DNA from: Alphaproteobacteria bacterium
Lineage (GTDB): Bacteria > Pseudomonadota > Alphaproteobacteria > CAAHEQ01 > UBA3637
Assembly (NCBI GenBank): GCA_017533325.1
Contig: JAFXIF010000053.1
Span: 56-64,055 of the forward strand
Reading direction: 5' to 3'
Length of the DNA stretch: 64,000 nucleotides
Below are positions 17,872 to 27,368 of the stretch, in pieces (the first letter of the stretch is position 1; every line of letters starts with the position of its first letter). The position numbers and the translations under genes are program-made. The notes under the pieces are model-generated. The model ran no database searches. It was not told the origin of the DNA and was given only the letters and a program-made list of their open reading frames with translations.

Positions 17872-20685
17872 ATGTATTATCAGGGAGTCAGAGAGGCCTT
17901 AGCCCATATTATTCACAACAAAAATATTCGACAAATTTTATTTCAAAATCCAGATGCTGTGCCAAATGTTGTTAGTGAAAATATGTTATCAAACAATGAT
18001 AATATTTTACAGTTTCAAAGGAGAGAAGGAAAAATTGGAGCTATTTCCTCCCAACTCAAACCTTGGGCAAGAATGTCCCAAGAAGAAAGAAAACAACTTT
18101 TAACATCTTTAAATGCCACTCTCGCAGGACGAAATCAATACAATGAACAACTTCTAGTTTATGATATGATTATGGCTCAAATTGGTGCACCTGGTTACTC
18201 TGGTGCAAGCCCCCATGCAGCTAATATGGGATGGATAGAAACAAATTATAGGGATGCCAGAAAAAGAGCTGATGCCGCCGGTGTTAATTTGGAACAAGCA
18301 GAAAACGATTTACTTGCCGCTTATAACATAAGAAATGAAGACCCTGCCCCTATTATAGAAGCGGCAAAATCTGGAGATATAAACAGAGTTTCTCACTTAA
18401 TAACAATTGGTGCGGATGTTAATACAGCAGATAGCAACGGTGACACCCCCTTAATGGTTTCTTTACGTACAGGCAAAGAAGATGTAGCAACAGAATTAAT
18501 TAAAAGAGGCGCTGAAATTAATCATAGAAATATAGCAGGAATGACCCCTCTTTTAGAAGCAGTTACACATGGACACTTCGATCTAGCAACGTCTATGATT
18601 GCAAATGGGGCCGACTACACAGTTAAAACACCAGGTGAAAATGGGAAAAGTATTGAAGAAATACTTGTTGAATATCGAGAAGCTCATCCCAATGAGGGAA
18701 ATGCTGTTGAAGGAGTTTTAAGTGTTATTCAGAGACAAAAAGAAAGCGTTGTAAATACAGGACAACAAGAACAGCCTGTGCCATCTACAACACCAGGACT
18801 GGTGCTCGCAACAACTGAGGATGAAAAGAATTTTTTAGTAGCTTGTCGTTCCGGCAACTTAGAAGAGATAAACCGATTACTATCTGCGGGTGTTAATCCA
18901 AATGTATGTAATGAAGCCAATCAAACAGGTCTTATGTTTGCAGCTGTAGCCGGTCGTGCAGAAGCTGTTGACAGATTGCTTCAAGCAGAAAATATTATTG
19001 TTGATGCAAGAGATAACAACAATAATACAGCTCTCATATTGTCAGGACGATCGGGAAATACAGATGTTATTCAGTCATTATTAAGTAAGGGTGCAGACGT
19101 CAATGCACAAAATGTCGCAGGAACAACAGCCCTTATGTGGGCGGCCCCAATGGGACATTCAGATGCGACAACTATGCTCTTAGAAGCTGAAGGCATTAAT
19201 GTTAATCTTCAAAATAAAAATGGTCAAACAGCTCTTGATTTAGCTCAAAATGACAGTATAAAAAATATTATCAGCAGTCATGGAGGTTTATCTAGTAGTG
19301 ATTTAGCACAGCAAAACCCTCAAAACAACGAAGAAGAAAATGGATATCAAAGTGCTCTGAATACCCCCTTAATTGTAGCGATTCGCGACAACAACAAAGA
19401 AGAAGCTTTAAGATTAATTCGGGAAAACCCTATGCTTGTTAACACAACAAATAGAGATGGTGACACCCCTCTTCATTGGGCGGCCATAAACGGGGATGCC
19501 GACATAACAAAAGCATTAATTGATGCAGGGGCTAACATCCATGCCGTTGATGGAAATGGTGATACACCTATTATGCATGCCGCAAAGCATGGAAGTCCAG
19601 AAGTAGTAGCATTATTGATTGATAAAGGTGCAAGATTTGAAGAAAAAGATAGCGACGGCAGAACACCTCTTATTTTAGCAGCAATCGGCCAAAGAACAGA
19701 AACAATGCAAGTGTTAATAGAAAAGGGAGCTGATGTCAATGCTGTTGATAATAATGGTCAAACAGCTCTTATTCACGCGGCTATTGGTGGAAATGCTACA
19801 GATATCGACTTGTTAATCAAGGCTGGTGCAAATATTAATGTTCAAGATAATTATGGAGATACAGCTCTTTCGCATGCTTCAGTTTATGGGCATAATGAGG
19901 CAGCAGAACTTCTTACACAAAATGGTGCTGATGCAGCTATAAGAAATTCTAATGGAGATAATGCATTAGATCTTGCTGAAAATGATAATGTCAGAGAAAC
20001 TATTGGCGGACAAGAAATTGAAGTTGTCAGACATCGATATGGTGCGGATAATGATGCACACACCAGAGCTGTTCAACAGGCTAAAAACCGCATTAATAGA
20101 GCTGGCAGATCCAGACAAGCCAGAAGACAACGGGCAGCCTTAGGTGGCAGAGTTGGGATGGAAACTGCAACCGCTAATGCTTTGGCAAATATCAGGGAAA
20201 TGGAAAAGAAAGGTCTTTTGCCAATGGGTCCTGGAGGGCAAAGTAACGCTGAAGTTTATCTTTATCGTATGCAACAAGCACGTCTTTTCTATGGCCCATC
20301 AACAAAACTTCAAATGTCTGATGGCACATATCAAACAGCCGATCAAGCCTTAGGTTCAGGTGATATGACTTTCAGACAGGTTTATGACGCCTTGATTAGC
20401 GGTCAAATAACAGATCCTGCCCAATTAGAAAGTTTAGCAAGATCAGTTCAGTTGGCTGAAGGTTGCATTAATAATAAAGGGCAAGCTAGAACAAACCCAA
20501 GAATCCCTGTTTCCGGCATGAGTTATGCTCCAGGTGATGATAGACAGGTAAGCGTCGTCAAAGAACAAACATCTTTGTCAGACAGGTTGCGTGCCGGCGC
20601 TGAAAGAGAAATCACTGAAGATCAAGGATTACAAAATGCCGTTGCTAATAACTATATGCGCATGAATGGCTCCCGAATGGGTTAA
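17872..20685 (+). CDS. Large ankyrin-repeat protein (candidate secreted effector)
   Basis: 937 aa with more than a dozen ANK units, e.g. DGDTPLHWAAINGDADITKALIDAGANIHAVDGNGDTPIMHAAKHGSPEVVALLIDKGA. The non-repeat N- and C-terminal regions include a basic tract, RSRQARRQRAALGGR. Confidence 0.85.
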   Translation: MYYQGVREALAHIIHNKNIRQILFQNPDAVPNVVSENMLSNNDNILQFQRREGKIGAISSQLKPWARMSQEERKQLLTSLNATLAGRNQYNEQLLVYDMIMAQIGAPGYSGASPHAANMGWIETNYRDARKRADAAGVNLEQAENDLLAAYNIRNEDPAPIIEAAKSGDINRVSHLITIGADVNTADSNGDTPLMVSLRTGKEDVATELIKRGAEINHRNIAGMTPLLEAVTHGHFDLATSMIANGADYTVKTPGENGKSIEEILVEYREAHPNEGNAVEGVLSVIQRQKESVVNTGQQEQPVPSTTPGLVLATTEDEKNFLVACRSGNLEEINRLLSAGVNPNVCNEANQTGLMFAAVAGRAEAVDRLLQAENIIVDARDNNNNTALILSGRSGNTDVIQSLLSKGADVNAQNVAGTTALMWAAPMGHSDATTMLLEAEGINVNLQNKNGQTALDLAQNDSIKNIISSHGGLSSSDLAQQNPQNNEEENGYQSALNTPLIVAIRDNNKEEALRLIRENPMLVNTTNRDGDTPLHWAAINGDADITKALIDAGANIHAVDGNGDTPIMHAAKHGSPEVVALLIDKGARFEEKDSDGRTPLILAAIGQRTETMQVLIEKGADVNAVDNNGQTALIHAAIGGNATDIDLLIKAGANINVQDNYGDTALSHASVYGHNEAAELLTQNGADAAIRNSNGDNALDLAENDNVRETIGGQEIEVVRHRYGADNDAHTRAVQQAKNRINRAGRSRQARRQRAALGGRVGMETATANALANIREMEKKGLLPMGPGGQSNAEVYLYRMQQARLFYGPSTKLQMSDGTYQTADQALGSGDMTFRQVYDALISGQITDPAQLESLARSVQLAEGCINNKGQARTNPRIPVSGMSYAPGDDRQVSVVKEQTSLSDRLRAGAEREITEDQGLQNAVANNYMRMNGSRMG

Positions 20686-20707
20686 GCATTTTTAACCTAT
20701 GAAAAAA

Positions 20708-20732
20708 ACACGGGTTTTATCCCGTGTTTTTT
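20708..20732 (+). terminator. Intrinsic terminator of the ankyrin gene
   Basis: ACACGGG-TTTTAT-CCCGTGT followed by a T-run. Confidence 0.6.
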
Positions 20733-20791
20733 ATTATTAAGAATATAAAAAAACGCCGATTTTTTTCAGCGTTTTTTCTTGATATCTATCC

Positions 20792-20995
20792 TTAACCTAA
20801 AACAAGATTTGTGGCACAAATTTTGCCATTTTCTTCTTTTAAATCGTATGAAATAGGTTGATCATCTTCTAATACGCGCAAATGGGAGGCATGTAAAGCG
20901 GTAATGTGAACAAACACATCTTTTTCCCCTTCATCCGGTTTGATAAAACCATACCCCTTTTTATAGTTAAACCATTTTACTTTACCTGTATGCAT
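20792..20995 (-). CDS. Cold-shock protein (CspA family)
   Basis: GKVKWFNYKKGYGFIKPDEG..DVFVH contains the RNP1/RNP2 motifs; 67 aa. Confidence 0.9.
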   Translation of the reverse strand: MHTGKVKWFNYKKGYGFIKPDEGEKDVFVHITALHASHLRVLEDDQPISYDLKEENGKICATNLVLG

Positions 20996-21156
20996 TTTTT
21001 TAACTCCATATAATAATTTTTAAATAACATCATCTGATTCTTTTTTCACCTTAACCGTTGAAAGATCGATGCTTTTTTATCTGCCCCCGTATTAAGACTT
21101 TTGATGACTTAAACAGTATAGGAATCTTCAAAAACTTTTTCAAGTAATAAAATAAA

Positions 21157-21381
21157 TTAATGCACACTTAATCCAATAAATTCATTTTGCATCACAACGG
21201 CAAATGCAACTTCGCGAGATGCGGCATAACCTAATTTTTCGCCCTGTTCATTATAAATGGACCAAACCATATCGTTATTTAACGGCTCTTGTTTGATATA
21301 TGCCGTGTCAAAATTTAATTGAAGCGGATTAATTAATGCTGACAACTCTTCATTCATTCCTATTTTAATTTTTTTACTCAT
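21157..21381 (-). CDS. DUF1150-family small protein (commonly paired with hsp20 in Alphaproteobacteria)
   Basis: 74 aa. AYIKQE...WSIYNEQGEKLGYAASREVAFAVVMQNEFIGLSVH matches my recollection of the DUF1150 pattern, and its start overlaps the hsp20 stop. Confidence 0.55.
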   Translation of the reverse strand: MSKKIKIGMNEELSALINPLQLNFDTAYIKQEPLNNDMVWSIYNEQGEKLGYAASREVAFAVVMQNEFIGLSVH

Positions 21382-21832
21382 CTATCTCTCCTTTTGTTGG
21401 TAAAACCAAACAATCACAGCCGGATTTTTGAGTTTTAATCGTTATTTTTTGAATCTTTTTTTGCAAAATCTTTTTCTTTAAATCAATATTAAGAATCCCA
21501 TTTTCAAGAGATGCCCCTTTTATTTCCAAACCATCAGCTAACACAAACGCTTTAATAAAAGAACGAGATGAAATCCCTTTGTGCAAAAAATGACGATTCG
21601 GGTCATTTATTTGGCGACCTTTAATTGTGAGCTGTTTTTCTTCTAAACTCACCTCTAAATCCTCCTCTTTATAACCGGCAACAGCTAATGACAATCTCAA
21701 ATATTCATCGTCCAACTGTTCAATGTTATATGGAGGAAAATTTTCAGCGCCTTTAGAGATTTGGAGTAACATATTTTCAAATTCTTCAAATCCCAATAAA
21801 AACGGATTATTGAAAGAATTGATGTTAGACAT
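21374..21832 (-). CDS. Small heat-shock protein, Hsp20/IbpA family
   Basis: FPPYNIEQLDDEYLRLSLAVAGYKEEDLEVSLEEKQLTIKG is an alpha-crystallin domain. Confidence 0.85.
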   Translation of the reverse strand: MSNINSFNNPFLLGFEEFENMLLQISKGAENFPPYNIEQLDDEYLRLSLAVAGYKEEDLEVSLEEKQLTIKGRQINDPNRHFLHKGISSRSFIKAFVLADGLEIKGASLENGILNIDLKKKILQKKIQKITIKTQKSGCDCLVLPTKGEIDE

Positions 21833-23345
21833 TATACCCCTCTTTTAAGTGAACGCGCAAACGTTCTAAATCATCTTGTAATTGTTCATCTTTAGCGACC
21901 AAATCTTCAATCGTTCGAATCGCATGCAAAATTGTTGTATGATCCCTTTCAAAATGCATTCCTATATCAGGCAAAGATAAAGACGTTAACAATTTTGATA
22001 AATACATTGCCATTTGGCGCGGACGAGCAATTCTTCTTTCTCTTCGAACAGATTTTAAATCACTTATTTTTAAACCATAGTAATCTGCTGTTACTTCCAA
22101 AATATCGGCAATGGTAATTTGCTTTTCATAAATTTGCAAAATATCACGCAAAATTTCTCTGGTTGTTTCAACATTAATCGGCGTTCCGATTAATTCGGCA
22201 CGTGCCACAACCCGTTTTAAAGCCCCTTCAAGTTCACGCACACTTGCTGTAATGTTTTGGGACAAAAATTCCAACACATCTGAAGGCACACTTGTTTTAA
22301 TTGTTTTAATCTTTTCATTCAAAATACCTAAACGTAATTCAAATGAAGTCGGTTGAATATTCACAACCAATCCTTGCGCAATTCTTGTTTTTAAACGATC
22401 ATCAATTTGCAAATCAAGCGGATTTGTATCTGAAGATAAAATAACCTTTTTACCTTTTGTAACAAGCGCATTAAACGTGTGAAAAAATTCTTCCTGTGTT
22501 GCTTTTTTCCCAAAAATAAATTGAATATCATCAACCATTAACACATCAACATTTCTAAATAAATTATGAAATGATTCAGTATTATTATAACGAAGCGCTT
22601 TTACAAAATGTTGGAAAAATTGTTCTGACGACAAGTAGAGAACTGTTTTTTCAGGATAAAGCTCTTTAATGCGCCAAGCTGTTGCATGCATTAAATGAGT
22701 TTTTCCAAGACCCGCCGGAGCATGAATATACAACGGGTTAAAAGAAACAGAATCATCCTCTGCAACTTTCCTCGCCGCAGCATAAGCAAACTCGTTCGAT
22801 TTACCGACAACAAAGGTTTCAAATGTATTCGCAGGATTTAAAATGCAAGGAACTGTCTCCCCGTCCATCGAAAGTTGCAATTCACTAACAATCGGCTTTG
22901 TCGATTGCTGTTCCACAATAATCGGCTTGCTTTTTTGAAGCTCTGATAATGTTCTTAAAAATGGTTTATTAACAGGAGGCAAAACAGGTTTTGCCACTTC
23001 TTGAAAAAAGGGTTCTTCTTTTTCTTTAACTTCAAGAGGCAAAACCTCTTGCTTTGGTTCCGGTTGAAAGGAATCATTTAATTGGCTTGCCAATTTAAAT
23101 TTTAATTTCTCAACCAAAGGATTTTCTTGTTTCCACAAGGATAACAATTGATCGGCATAATTTTGCTTAATAAACTCATGAATACATGTTGTCGGAACAC
23201 TCAGACAAACCTCATTTGCCTCCATTCCTTTAACAGCAACACGCTTTAATAAACGCAATGCAAGCTTGTTCCCCTGCTCTTTTTCAAGATAGGAACAAAC
23301 CTTTTGCCATTCATGAGTAAGCGTTTGTGAACCTTGTTCAGCCAT
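21825..23345 (-). CDS. dnaA: Chromosomal replication initiator protein DnaA
   Basis: AAA+ Walker A GLGKTHLMHA, VDVLMVDDIQF, and a C-terminal DNA-binding helix ...HTTILHAIRTIE; 506 aa. Confidence 0.95.
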   Translation of the reverse strand: MAEQGSQTLTHEWQKVCSYLEKEQGNKLALRLLKRVAVKGMEANEVCLSVPTTCIHEFIKQNYADQLLSLWKQENPLVEKLKFKLASQLNDSFQPEPKQEVLPLEVKEKEEPFFQEVAKPVLPPVNKPFLRTLSELQKSKPIIVEQQSTKPIVSELQLSMDGETVPCILNPANTFETFVVGKSNEFAYAAARKVAEDDSVSFNPLYIHAPAGLGKTHLMHATAWRIKELYPEKTVLYLSSEQFFQHFVKALRYNNTESFHNLFRNVDVLMVDDIQFIFGKKATQEEFFHTFNALVTKGKKVILSSDTNPLDLQIDDRLKTRIAQGLVVNIQPTSFELRLGILNEKIKTIKTSVPSDVLEFLSQNITASVRELEGALKRVVARAELIGTPINVETTREILRDILQIYEKQITIADILEVTADYYGLKISDLKSVRRERRIARPRQMAMYLSKLLTSLSLPDIGMHFERDHTTILHAIRTIEDLVAKDEQLQDDLERLRVHLKEGYNV

Positions 23346-23606
23346 TTTGTCTTCCTTGATTTTCTGATTTTCTGATTCTTATCTTAAAAAAATATTTTTA
23401 AATAGCAATTAACTTTTTGTTTATTTTCATAAATAAATTTCTTGACGCAATATATTGTATTCAAGATTCAAGATATTGTGTTTTAAACCTTTATTTTGTA
23501 TACTTTTTTGCTTTTTTCCTCTCACTTTAAGAAAGATAAATCAAAAAAATATAAGAATCGGGAATAAATTAAAAAAAACACCCCGAATCGTCAAATGAAT
23601 CTAAAA

Positions 23607-24185
23607 TTATTTTAATTCTTGCACTCGGTCATAAAATTCTCTATCAAATGAAGAATTATCTAAAAAGAGGGCGGCCTCCTCATCTAATAAAAAACAAGCA
23701 TCTTTTAAATTAAGTTTTTGCTCAAATTCTTTAGACCACCGAACTTCTTCGGGAGAGATATTTTTTTGATGCGCAATAACATATTTTGCGGCCATTCTTT
23801 CAATATCAATGAGTTCTTTTTTTATATCAGTTGAAATACTATCAAACAACTTTGGGTCAAAATGAACTAAAACTTCTTTTAAATTTGTTCCGTCTTTTTT
23901 CCAAGCCTCATCAATTTTTTGGATTCCATTTTTATATTTAGAGGCAAAATAATCCGGATATTTTTTAAGATCTACACTCTCCTCCTGACAAACCATTTTA
24001 TATCCGACCAAATGACGATAAACCATTCCTGTTAAAATTCTTAAATGCAATTTTTTTGTGCTTTCAAGTTCTGTTAACAGTTGTCCGGAAGATGATTTTT
24101 TTTGAACTGACATTCGCCAACCAAAACCTGTGGCGATAATCAATAAAACAACCAATATTATACCGGCAATCTTTTTTTTCGTCAT
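23607..24185 (-). CDS. Hypothetical membrane-anchored protein
   Basis: 192 aa with an N-terminal TM segment (IAGIILVVLLIIATGFGW). Confidence 0.45.
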   Translation of the reverse strand: MTKKKIAGIILVVLLIIATGFGWRMSVQKKSSSGQLLTELESTKKLHLRILTGMVYRHLVGYKMVCQEESVDLKKYPDYFASKYKNGIQKIDEAWKKDGTNLKEVLVHFDPKLFDSISTDIKKELIDIERMAAKYVIAHQKNISPEEVRWSKEFEQKLNLKDACFLLDEEAALFLDNSSFDREFYDRVQELK

Positions 24186-24346
24186 TTTAACCTCTATCTG
24201 TTATATTGATATTTTTTTTATTTTAACAGGCTTGAAAACGAAAATCAACATAAAAACCAATCATTTTTAAATGAAAAAAGTGATATTTTGTTGACAAATT
24301 ATATAACTATCTTATACTCAAATATATATTTTTATTGAGGTTTAAA

Positions 24347-25471
24347 ATGCTAAAGAAAATATTATTCATTTTTGTTTTTTTAATCATCTCCTGTTCTGCT
24401 TGTTTTTATTTTTTAAGAGATACAACAAAAACAAAAAAGACATTTTTCAGCAATGGCCATATTCAATCTGAAATTACTTACGTGAATAGCAAAAAAAATG
24501 GCATTGCTCGTTACTATTACGAAAATGGCACACTCCGCCTTGAAATCCCATATAAAGACGATCGCATTGACGGCCTTTTCAAACAATATTTTCAAAACGG
24601 AACTTTAATGGTTGAATATATGCGTCATAATGATATGACTGAAGGTGTTTTAAAAGAATATTATGATACAGGTGTTTTAAAATATGAAGAACATTATTTA
24701 AATGATTTACTCACAAAGACTGCAAAAGAATTTTATCCCACCGGAATTTTAAAACAAGAAACACCCTATCAAAACGGCTTAAAAAACGGCGAAGAAAAAA
24801 CTTATTATGAAACCGGGCAGTTAAAAGAAGTTTATACTTATAAAAATGATAAATTAGAGGGGCTGAGTTTAACTTATTCAAAATCAGGAGCACTCAAAAC
24901 CCAAGCACCTTATATCAATAATACAATTAACGGTTCATTAAAAATGTATTATGATTCAAAAGGATTACAGGCCGAATTTCCTTATGTAAACGGAAAAATA
25001 AACGGCATTGCCACAGAATATGATCTTGATGGGAAACAAATTGCGACTTATTCCTATCAAAACGGGGTTAAACATGGAGTATCAAAAGCTTTTGATAAAG
25101 ACGGAGCAACATTGGTTGAAATGACGTATAACAACGGCAAAATCGATGGCGTTTTAAAAGAATATTTCAAAAACGGGAAAATTCACAGTGAAATTCCTTA
25201 CATTAACAATCAAAAACAAGGGGTTGCAAAAGTTTATAATGAAAAAGGACAACTTACAAAAGAAGTCTCCTTTCAAAATAATAAATTCCACGGCGTTGCA
25301 AAAAGTTATTCACAAACCGGTGAAATTTTAACAGAGCTTATTTTTAATGAGGGAATTATTGAAAACGGGTTTTCATATAAAAACCAAGAAAAAATCCCTC
25401 TGACAGAAAAGGAAATGGCAAAAATAAGAATGTTAAAAGACGTTTTATTTTACGATGAAGCTAAAAAATAA
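24347..25471 (+). CDS. MORN-variant (YwqK-like) repeat protein with N-terminal signal or anchor
   Basis: About 14 repeats of the form YYENGTLRLEIPYKDDRIDGLFKQYF. ATG at 24347 is preceded by GAGG; the track gives a TTG at 24335. Confidence 0.7.
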   Translation: MLKKILFIFVFLIISCSACFYFLRDTTKTKKTFFSNGHIQSEITYVNSKKNGIARYYYENGTLRLEIPYKDDRIDGLFKQYFQNGTLMVEYMRHNDMTEGVLKEYYDTGVLKYEEHYLNDLLTKTAKEFYPTGILKQETPYQNGLKNGEEKTYYETGQLKEVYTYKNDKLEGLSLTYSKSGALKTQAPYINNTINGSLKMYYDSKGLQAEFPYVNGKINGIATEYDLDGKQIATYSYQNGVKHGVSKAFDKDGATLVEMTYNNGKIDGVLKEYFKNGKIHSEIPYINNQKQGVAKVYNEKGQLTKEVSFQNNKFHGVAKSYSQTGEILTELIFNEGIIENGFSYKNQEKIPLTEKEMAKIRMLKDVLFYDEAKK

Positions 25472-25480
25472 GAGTTAAAA

Positions 25481-26596
25481 ATGGCATTAACAATCAAAAA
25501 TAATCAAAAAAATGAGTTATGTCTGGAATTAACTGATGATTTTTTTTCATTTGAAGATTTATCACTTAAAAACAAAGTATTAACCGCTCTTACTGATTCT
25601 TCCTTAAAAAGATTAACAATTCAAGCTGAAAAATTAAAATTATGGGATACAACACTCACAGCATTTCTATATAAAATAATAAAATTTGCTCAGTCAAAAA
25701 AAATTGAAATCAAATATCAAAAAATCCCAACTCAACTCAAAGACCAATTAAATTTAGCTTTGGCAGTTGACAGAAAACCAACACTTGATGTTAAAAAAAA
25801 CATTTCTTTTTTAGAAGATATTGGCGAAACAACGCTTAATCTTTTTCAAACAATTTTAAAAGGGATTTCGTTTATAAAAGAGGCCTTTTCATCTATTGGC
25901 AGATTGGTAACCGGAAAAGCTGTTACACGGTTCGTTGATTTTGTATTCGTTATGAATGACTGTGGACCAAAAGCACTTTTGATTGTTTCTTTAATCAGTT
26001 TTATGGTTGGTTTGATTTTAGCTTTTGTCGGCTCCATTCAGTTAAAACTTTTCGGTGCAGAAATTTATGTTGCCAGCCTTGTAACAATCGGAATGATTCG
26101 AATTATGGGAGCGATTATGGCTGGTATCATCATGGCGGGCAGAACGGGAGCCTCTTACGCGGCGACTATCGGAACCATGCAGGTAAATGAAGAGGTAGAT
26201 GCGTTAAAAACCATGGGTATTCCTTCCATGGATTTTTTGGTTCTTCCGCGATTGCTCTGTCTTGTTATTTCAATGCCGATTTTAGTTATGCTAGCTGATT
26301 TTATGGGAATTTTAGGCGGAGCATTTGTCGGTGTTTTCTTATTAAACATTCCTTCATCTGAATATTTAAAATATGCATTTGAAGCTTTTGGTTTAACAAA
26401 TTTTCTTGTGGGTATTTTTCATGGATTTATTTTTGGATTTGTTATTGCTCTTTGTGGCTGTTATTATGGAATAAATGCCGGCAAAAATGCAGATAGTGTT
26501 GGTCTTGCTACAACTAAAGCTGTTGTGTCAGCTATTGTTTGGATGATTATCTTAACAGGATTTATCACATGGGCTTTTTCTATTATAGGAATATGA
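25481..26596 (+). CDS. mlaE: MlaE-family ABC transporter permease with N-terminal extension (about 120 aa, possibly STAS-like)
   Basis: The C-terminal two thirds are polytopic with MlaE-like segments (GAIMAGIIMAGRTGASYAATIGTMQVNEEVDAL). Confidence 0.75.
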   Translation: MALTIKNNQKNELCLELTDDFFSFEDLSLKNKVLTALTDSSLKRLTIQAEKLKLWDTTLTAFLYKIIKFAQSKKIEIKYQKIPTQLKDQLNLALAVDRKPTLDVKKNISFLEDIGETTLNLFQTILKGISFIKEAFSSIGRLVTGKAVTRFVDFVFVMNDCGPKALLIVSLISFMVGLILAFVGSIQLKLFGAEIYVASLVTIGMIRIMGAIMAGIIMAGRTGASYAATIGTMQVNEEVDALKTMGIPSMDFLVLPRLLCLVISMPILVMLADFMGILGGAFVGVFLLNIPSSEYLKYAFEAFGLTNFLVGIFHGFIFGFVIALCGCYYGINAGKNADSVGLATTKAVVSAIVWMIILTGFITWAFSIIGI

Positions 26597-26597
26597 T

Positions 26598-27368
26598 ATG
26601 AAAACAACATCAGAAAATAAAAAAATAACCGTTCAAAATTTAACCATGGGATATGGCGATTTTATTTTACAAAAAAATATGAATTTTTCTGTGAATAAAG
26701 GAGATATTTTCATCATTATGGGTGGCAGCGGTTGTGGAAAAAGTTCTTTATTAAAAGTTTTGACCGGATTAGTTCCGCCACTCAAAGGAGAGGTTTTTAT
26801 TAATGGTAAAAAGTTCACGAATTCAGATGAAAAAAATCAAAAAGAAGTGATGAAAAAGGTTGGTATCCTTTATCAAAGCGGTGCATTATTCAGCTCCATG
26901 ACATTAGCTGAAAATATTGCGCTTCCTTTAACCCAATACACATCTTATTCTAAAAATACAATTGATGAAATTGTTTCTTTAAAACTTGCACTGGTCGGAT
27001 TGGCCGGATTTGAAGATTTTTACCCTTCTCAAATCAGTGGTGGAATGAAAAAAAGAGCAGGTCTTGCCAGAGCATTGGCTCTTGATCCTGAAATTGTTTA
27101 TTTTGATGAACCATCTGCCGGTCTGGATCCTGTTAGTTCCAAATTATTGGATGATTTAATTTTAAATATTAATCAAACATTGGGAACAACAATGGTTATT
27201 GTTACTCATGAACTCAGTTCTATTTTTTCAATTGGTAATAATTCCGTTTTTCTGGATGCGAATACAAAACAAATTATTGCCCATGGAAATCCAAAGGATT
27301 TGCTGAAAAATCCACCCAATGAAACAGTTTATAATTTTTTAACGAGAGGAAAAACTGAACATGTCTAA
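26598..27368 (+). CDS. mlaF: ABC transporter ATP-binding protein (MlaF-like)
   Basis: Walker A GGSGCGKSS, signature ISGGMKKR and Walker B VYFDEP. Confidence 0.85.
   Translation: MKTTSENKKITVQNLTMGYGDFILQKNMNFSVNKGDIFIIMGGSGCGKSSLLKVLTGLVPPLKGEVFINGKKFTNSDEKNQKEVMKKVGILYQSGALFSSMTLAENIALPLTQYTSYSKNTIDEIVSLKLALVGLAGFEDFYPSQISGGMKKRAGLARALALDPEIVYFDEPSAGLDPVSSKLLDDLILNINQTLGTTMVIVTHELSSIFSIGNNSVFLDANTKQIIAHGNPKDLLKNPPNETVYNFLTRGKTEHV

Noticed and set aside
23346-23606. oriC immediately upstream of dnaA, as in many bacteria.
   Set aside because: No TTATCCACA-like box with 0-1 mismatch was found by eye in this gap. There is only a short GATTTTCT tandem repeat and promoter-like elements. The DnaA-box cluster lies at 51.9-52.2 kb instead.
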